Part shown: positions 60,801 through 64,000 of the stretch, piece after piece
Layout of the letters: the number at the start of each line of letters is the position of its first letter
Numbering within the stretch: the first letter of the stretch is position 1
From: Podarcis erhardii
Taxonomy: Eukaryota
DNA: 64,000 nucleotides
Assembly: GCA_964252035.1 (NCBI GenBank)
Contig: OZ176208.1
Direction: 5' to 3' (one strand)
The notes under the pieces: model-generated
What the model was told of the DNA's origin: nothing
The model's database searches: none
Seen by the model: the letters and a program-made list of their open reading frames with translations, nothing else
Position numbers and translations under genes: made by a program

Positions 60801-63056
60801 ATACAATGTCACAGAACAATGTTTCTTGAGCTGTTTGATTCTATAGTGGTAAATGAGAGCCAACATACAGTATACTCATTGTTCATTGGGTTCTTCAGAT
60901 ATTAAACAATGGAAAGTATTAATTGACAGAAATAATTTTCTAAACATTAAACATTTGCTATTAGGTAATTCTAAAACAACTAACACAAATTTAGGCCATC
61001 AGACTCATAGGAGTTTCCCAACCTTCTATAGATATGTGCATTATGCTGATATAACAGCAGATTATTATTTTTTGCAGATGAATGTCCACCAATTATGAAT
61101 GCACCAAACATTAGGTGATATCCAACTATAGTCATGCTAAGAGAATGCCCATTTAAATTAAGGAGTTTAAGTTAGTCCTTTGATGACTGTTAGGATAGCC
61201 ATGTATATAATTGTTGATACTATGTAGAGGCAGGAGGAGTTGTACAATTTGTATTGGGCTTTCTGCCAAACAAAATGTCCACAAACATACCTCAGAGCAA
61301 AAGTATTTCCCAGTAACTACAAGAATGCCAAAATCTTTTTGTTGTTGTTGTCCTTCAATACAAACTAATGTAAATGAGAACGATTTTCAACAATTGGATG
61401 GAATCTGTGTAATCTTAGGCTGTAAACCTTTACTCAGTTACCAAACCTGTCTATGTTTTGAGCATTTCAGTTCTCTAAACATACAGGATTTTTGCAGCTT
61501 ACCAATACACCAATAGTAACTTGACCATAGCCATCTCAACTTCTTCCAAGAACCAATATAAGGAAGCACAAAGCTAGATAATTATAAATATATTTAAGTG
61601 CAAAGAATACAATTGCAAGTGTAAAATTTAATCACATACATGGAACATGGGATGGGTTTGAAGGTATATAGGCTACATTTATTTAGCCATCTTTATTAAG
61701 TTGATTAAAATGGGAAGAAACTTAAGTCAGTCTGTGAAATTCACTGTCACTAAAATATAGTGACTCAGAAAGTTGATGTTACAACGCTCATTCACATATT
61801 AATCATTTTGTCAAGTCTTCTAATTCTGCTTTCTCCCCCCCCCCTTTTTTTTGCAAATCCATATGCTGTTTCATAGCATAACATCCAAAGCAATTTACAA
61901 CAAAAATGGGGTGGGAATCTACAGGGTAAAATATCCTCCAGTGTTTGGAGGAATTGGACCAGGCAATGGGGGCACAATGGAGGACAGAGGGCCAGTAGCA
62001 TATCCCCATTACAATCACTTACATGAGGCTTTAAATACCTGGATGGTTATGTTAAAGTGTTGTGGAAGAGGATTGAACACACATTCACTGATGGGGCAAT
62101 CCTGTACATGCTTACTCTAGATGTAAGCCCTCCTTAGTTTAATAGGAATTCTTTCCATATAAGTGTTTATAGGAAGAATGGAGAACTTCTGGTCATTCAG
62201 TTCTTGCTCATCTCTGGCCATGCAGGTTCCTCATCCCTAAAGTCATAGCCTAAATGTCTTCTGTTCAAACCACTACCACTACACTATGGATAAGCATGTC
62301 CCAGAAAGTTTCAAAGTTAAAAGTGACACTGTGACTAGTGCCTGGAAACTTAATGAATATTAACTTCTTGTTTTCATTTTACTGACAGCAATGAGACTAT
62401 GCACAGAGGAATGCAGAGTCCTGGGACATTCTGACCAGTGCTGGATGCCACCTCTGCCTTCTCCATCTTCTGATTACAGAAGTAATATGTTTATTCCTGG
62501 GGAGGAATTTCAGCCACAGCAAACTCAACCACCACAACAGCAGGTACTGGAAGAGGATGCTCAAGCCGTTGGGACGACTGAAAAGAAAAAGAGCTTTTCA
62601 ACTTTTGGCAAAGAAAGTCAGAGCGAGGACGAAGCAGGTGAAATGTGCACCTCATCCTTGCTGTCAGAAATGAACAGTGTTTTCCAGCGCCTTTTGCCTC
62701 CTTCATTAGATGCCTACACGGAATGCAACGAAATGGATCCCTCCAGCTCACTAGAGCGCAGGAAAGGACACTTGCCTGCCAAGACTGTAAGCTATCCACA
62801 AGGGGTGGCAGCTTGGGCAGCCAGCACACACTTCCAAAACCCTGCAAACAACACTGGGCTTCCTTTGGGGACTCACTCAGGGGCCCAGCCATCTTCTAAA
62901 TGGCTGCCAGCCATGGAGGAAATCCCAGAGAATTATGAAGAAGATGACTTTGACAATGTGCTTAATCACCTCAGTGACGGTAAACACGAACTAATGGATG
63001 CTAGCGAGCTGGTGGCAGAAATTAACAAGCTGCTACAAGATGTCCGACAGAACTAG
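55366..63056 (+). CDS. PCDH18: Protocadherin-18 (delta-2 protocadherin), spliced CDS of 4 exons, 1135 aa
   Basis: Signal peptide, then [24 protein letters not shown] and six cadherin repeats (DxNDN motifs at 55756, 56083, 56407, 56740, 57070), TM at 57466-57531. Cytoplasmic CM1, CM2 and WIRS motifs, ending [16 protein letters not shown]-stop. Closely matches recalled human PCDH18. Exon lengths 2490+86+164+668=3408 nt, in frame. Confidence 0.97.
58915..59000 (+). CDS. PCDH18: PCDH18 coding exon 2 ([29 protein letters not shown])
   Basis: Polypyrimidine tract + ACAG| acceptor at 58914; donor AG|GTGAGG at 59000; 86 nt, phase 0 to 2. Not in the ORF track because it is short. Confidence 0.95.
59113..59276 (+). 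CDS. PCDH18: PCDH18 coding exon 3 containing conserved motif CM1 ([27 protein letters not shown])
   Basis: Acceptor TTTTATCGCAG| at 59112; donor CAG|GTAAG at 59276; 164 nt, phase 2 to 1. Confidence 0.95.
60184..60281. mobile_element. Truncated hairpin hAT MITE in PCDH18 intron 3
   Basis: CAGGGATGGGGAATC...CCTTCCAGATGTTTGAC...GATGGGAGTTGTAGTC; right TIR missing. Confidence 0.7.
62389..63056 (+). CDS. PCDH18: PCDH18 coding exon 4 with CM2 ([17 protein letters not shown], 62400-62450) and WIRS motif (FSTFGK, 62595-62612)
   Basis: Acceptor TTTTCATTTTACTGACAG| at 62388; split codon G+CA=Ala; stop TAG 63054-63056. Confidence 0.96.
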
Positions 63057-63283
63057 AGAGTTTTGTTTCATAGCATATTAATTTTCCATATTTATGGAAA
63101 ACAGAGATGGGAACCCAGAATGAAAAGAACTGGCATTGCCAATTAGTTACATTTATCATAAATGTGTCTGTGTATGTTGAATATTAAAATACTGTATTTT
63201 CATATGTACACAATGCAAGTGTGATTATCTTTAACTGTATTTTAAAAATACATTTGTACCTTATATTTATGTGTAATTTAACA

Positions 63284-63289
63284 AATAAA
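63284..63289 (+). terminator. Candidate proximal polyadenylation signal of PCDH18
   Basis: AATAAA 228 nt after the stop, followed by a T-rich tract (TTTTATTTTTG). Further AATAAA at 63554-63559 and 63897-63902. Confidence 0.5.
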
Positions 63290-63422
63290 TTTTATTTTTG
63301 TACTCCCATGGCAAGCATGTTTTCCTACATATATGCACCTGGCACTGTTTGTGTCTGACATTCATTATTCTAACCACAAGAGTGTATAAAAACTAAGGGA
63401 TGCCATTTTCCATGGGTTTCGC

Positions 63423-63452
63423 CCCCCACCCCCACCCCCACCCCCACCCCCA
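63423..63452. repeat. (CCCCCA)5 repeat
   Basis: Directly visible, downstream of the first AATAAA. Confidence 0.95.
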
Positions 63453-63681
63453 CAATCAACTGTTATGGTACAAAAATCAAATCAAGTGAAACCTTATCCA
63501 AATGTTAGTTTCAATAACTGATCTAACATCTTGTTACAATGTTTCATTCTTATAATAAAGAGTTATCAACTCCCTTGAAGCCTAGAAGTTCTTTTATTTT
63601 CAGGCTGGGACAAATCCATTCTCCCACAAAGTTAAGGGGTGGGGGGTGATACAAAGAGCAACCTTGAACCCAAGAACACAT

Positions 63682-63684
<3 letters not shown>

Positions 63685-63726
<42 letters not shown>
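63685..63726. repeat. (AT)21 microsatellite
   Basis: Directly visible. Confidence 0.95.
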
Positions 63727-63729
<3 letters not shown>

Positions 63730-64000
63730 TATTCATGTGGAGCACAACTTTCAAAATATCTCTTGAAGACCATTTGCAGAGGATTCAGATTGTAATAGGT
63801 CAGCTGAACTCTGTTGGAAAATTGTAGAAATACCTTTTCATGTATTGAGCCTATTTCTCCTTTTCACACAACCCATGTCATGTCACCCATTTTTAAAATA
63901 AAAGCCATGTTATTGTTTGCTCAGTCTTTTAAAGATATGCTGTACATTACAGGTGATGATGTTTTATAGATGCAAATAACACTGAGGCAGAAATGGAAGC

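Overview
Vertebrate genomic DNA, inferred to be a lacertid lizard from its repeat landscape (Sauria SINEs, CR1/L2/L1/RTE LINE fragments, Tigger-like and hAT MITEs). The only protein-coding gene is PCDH18 (delta-2 protocadherin-18) on the + strand. Its four coding exons (55366-57855, 58915-59000, 59113-59276, 62389-63056) have GT-AG introns, matching phases and a summed CDS of 3408 nt (1135 aa). The first ~54 kb is a gene-free, transposon-rich upstream region with one 132-N assembly gap. I found no tRNA, rRNA, CRISPR or second gene, and no novel multi-gene system that the sequence can support. The most interesting observations are: (i) a complex PCDH18 5' leader with six upstream ATGs, a possible 83-nt optional intron and a 4-tract G-quadruplex; (ii) possible short PCDH18 isoforms from intron read-through plus intronic polyA signals; (iii) a Sauria-SINE/tRNA-SINE chimera; (iv) a ~400-bp ORF-less RTE-like retroposed unit with a 13-bp TSD; (v) nested insertions with recoverable TSDs; (vi) an unexplained exact 33-bp direct repeat and an unclassified local repeat family. 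Repeat family names come from recalled consensus features, not from database searches.
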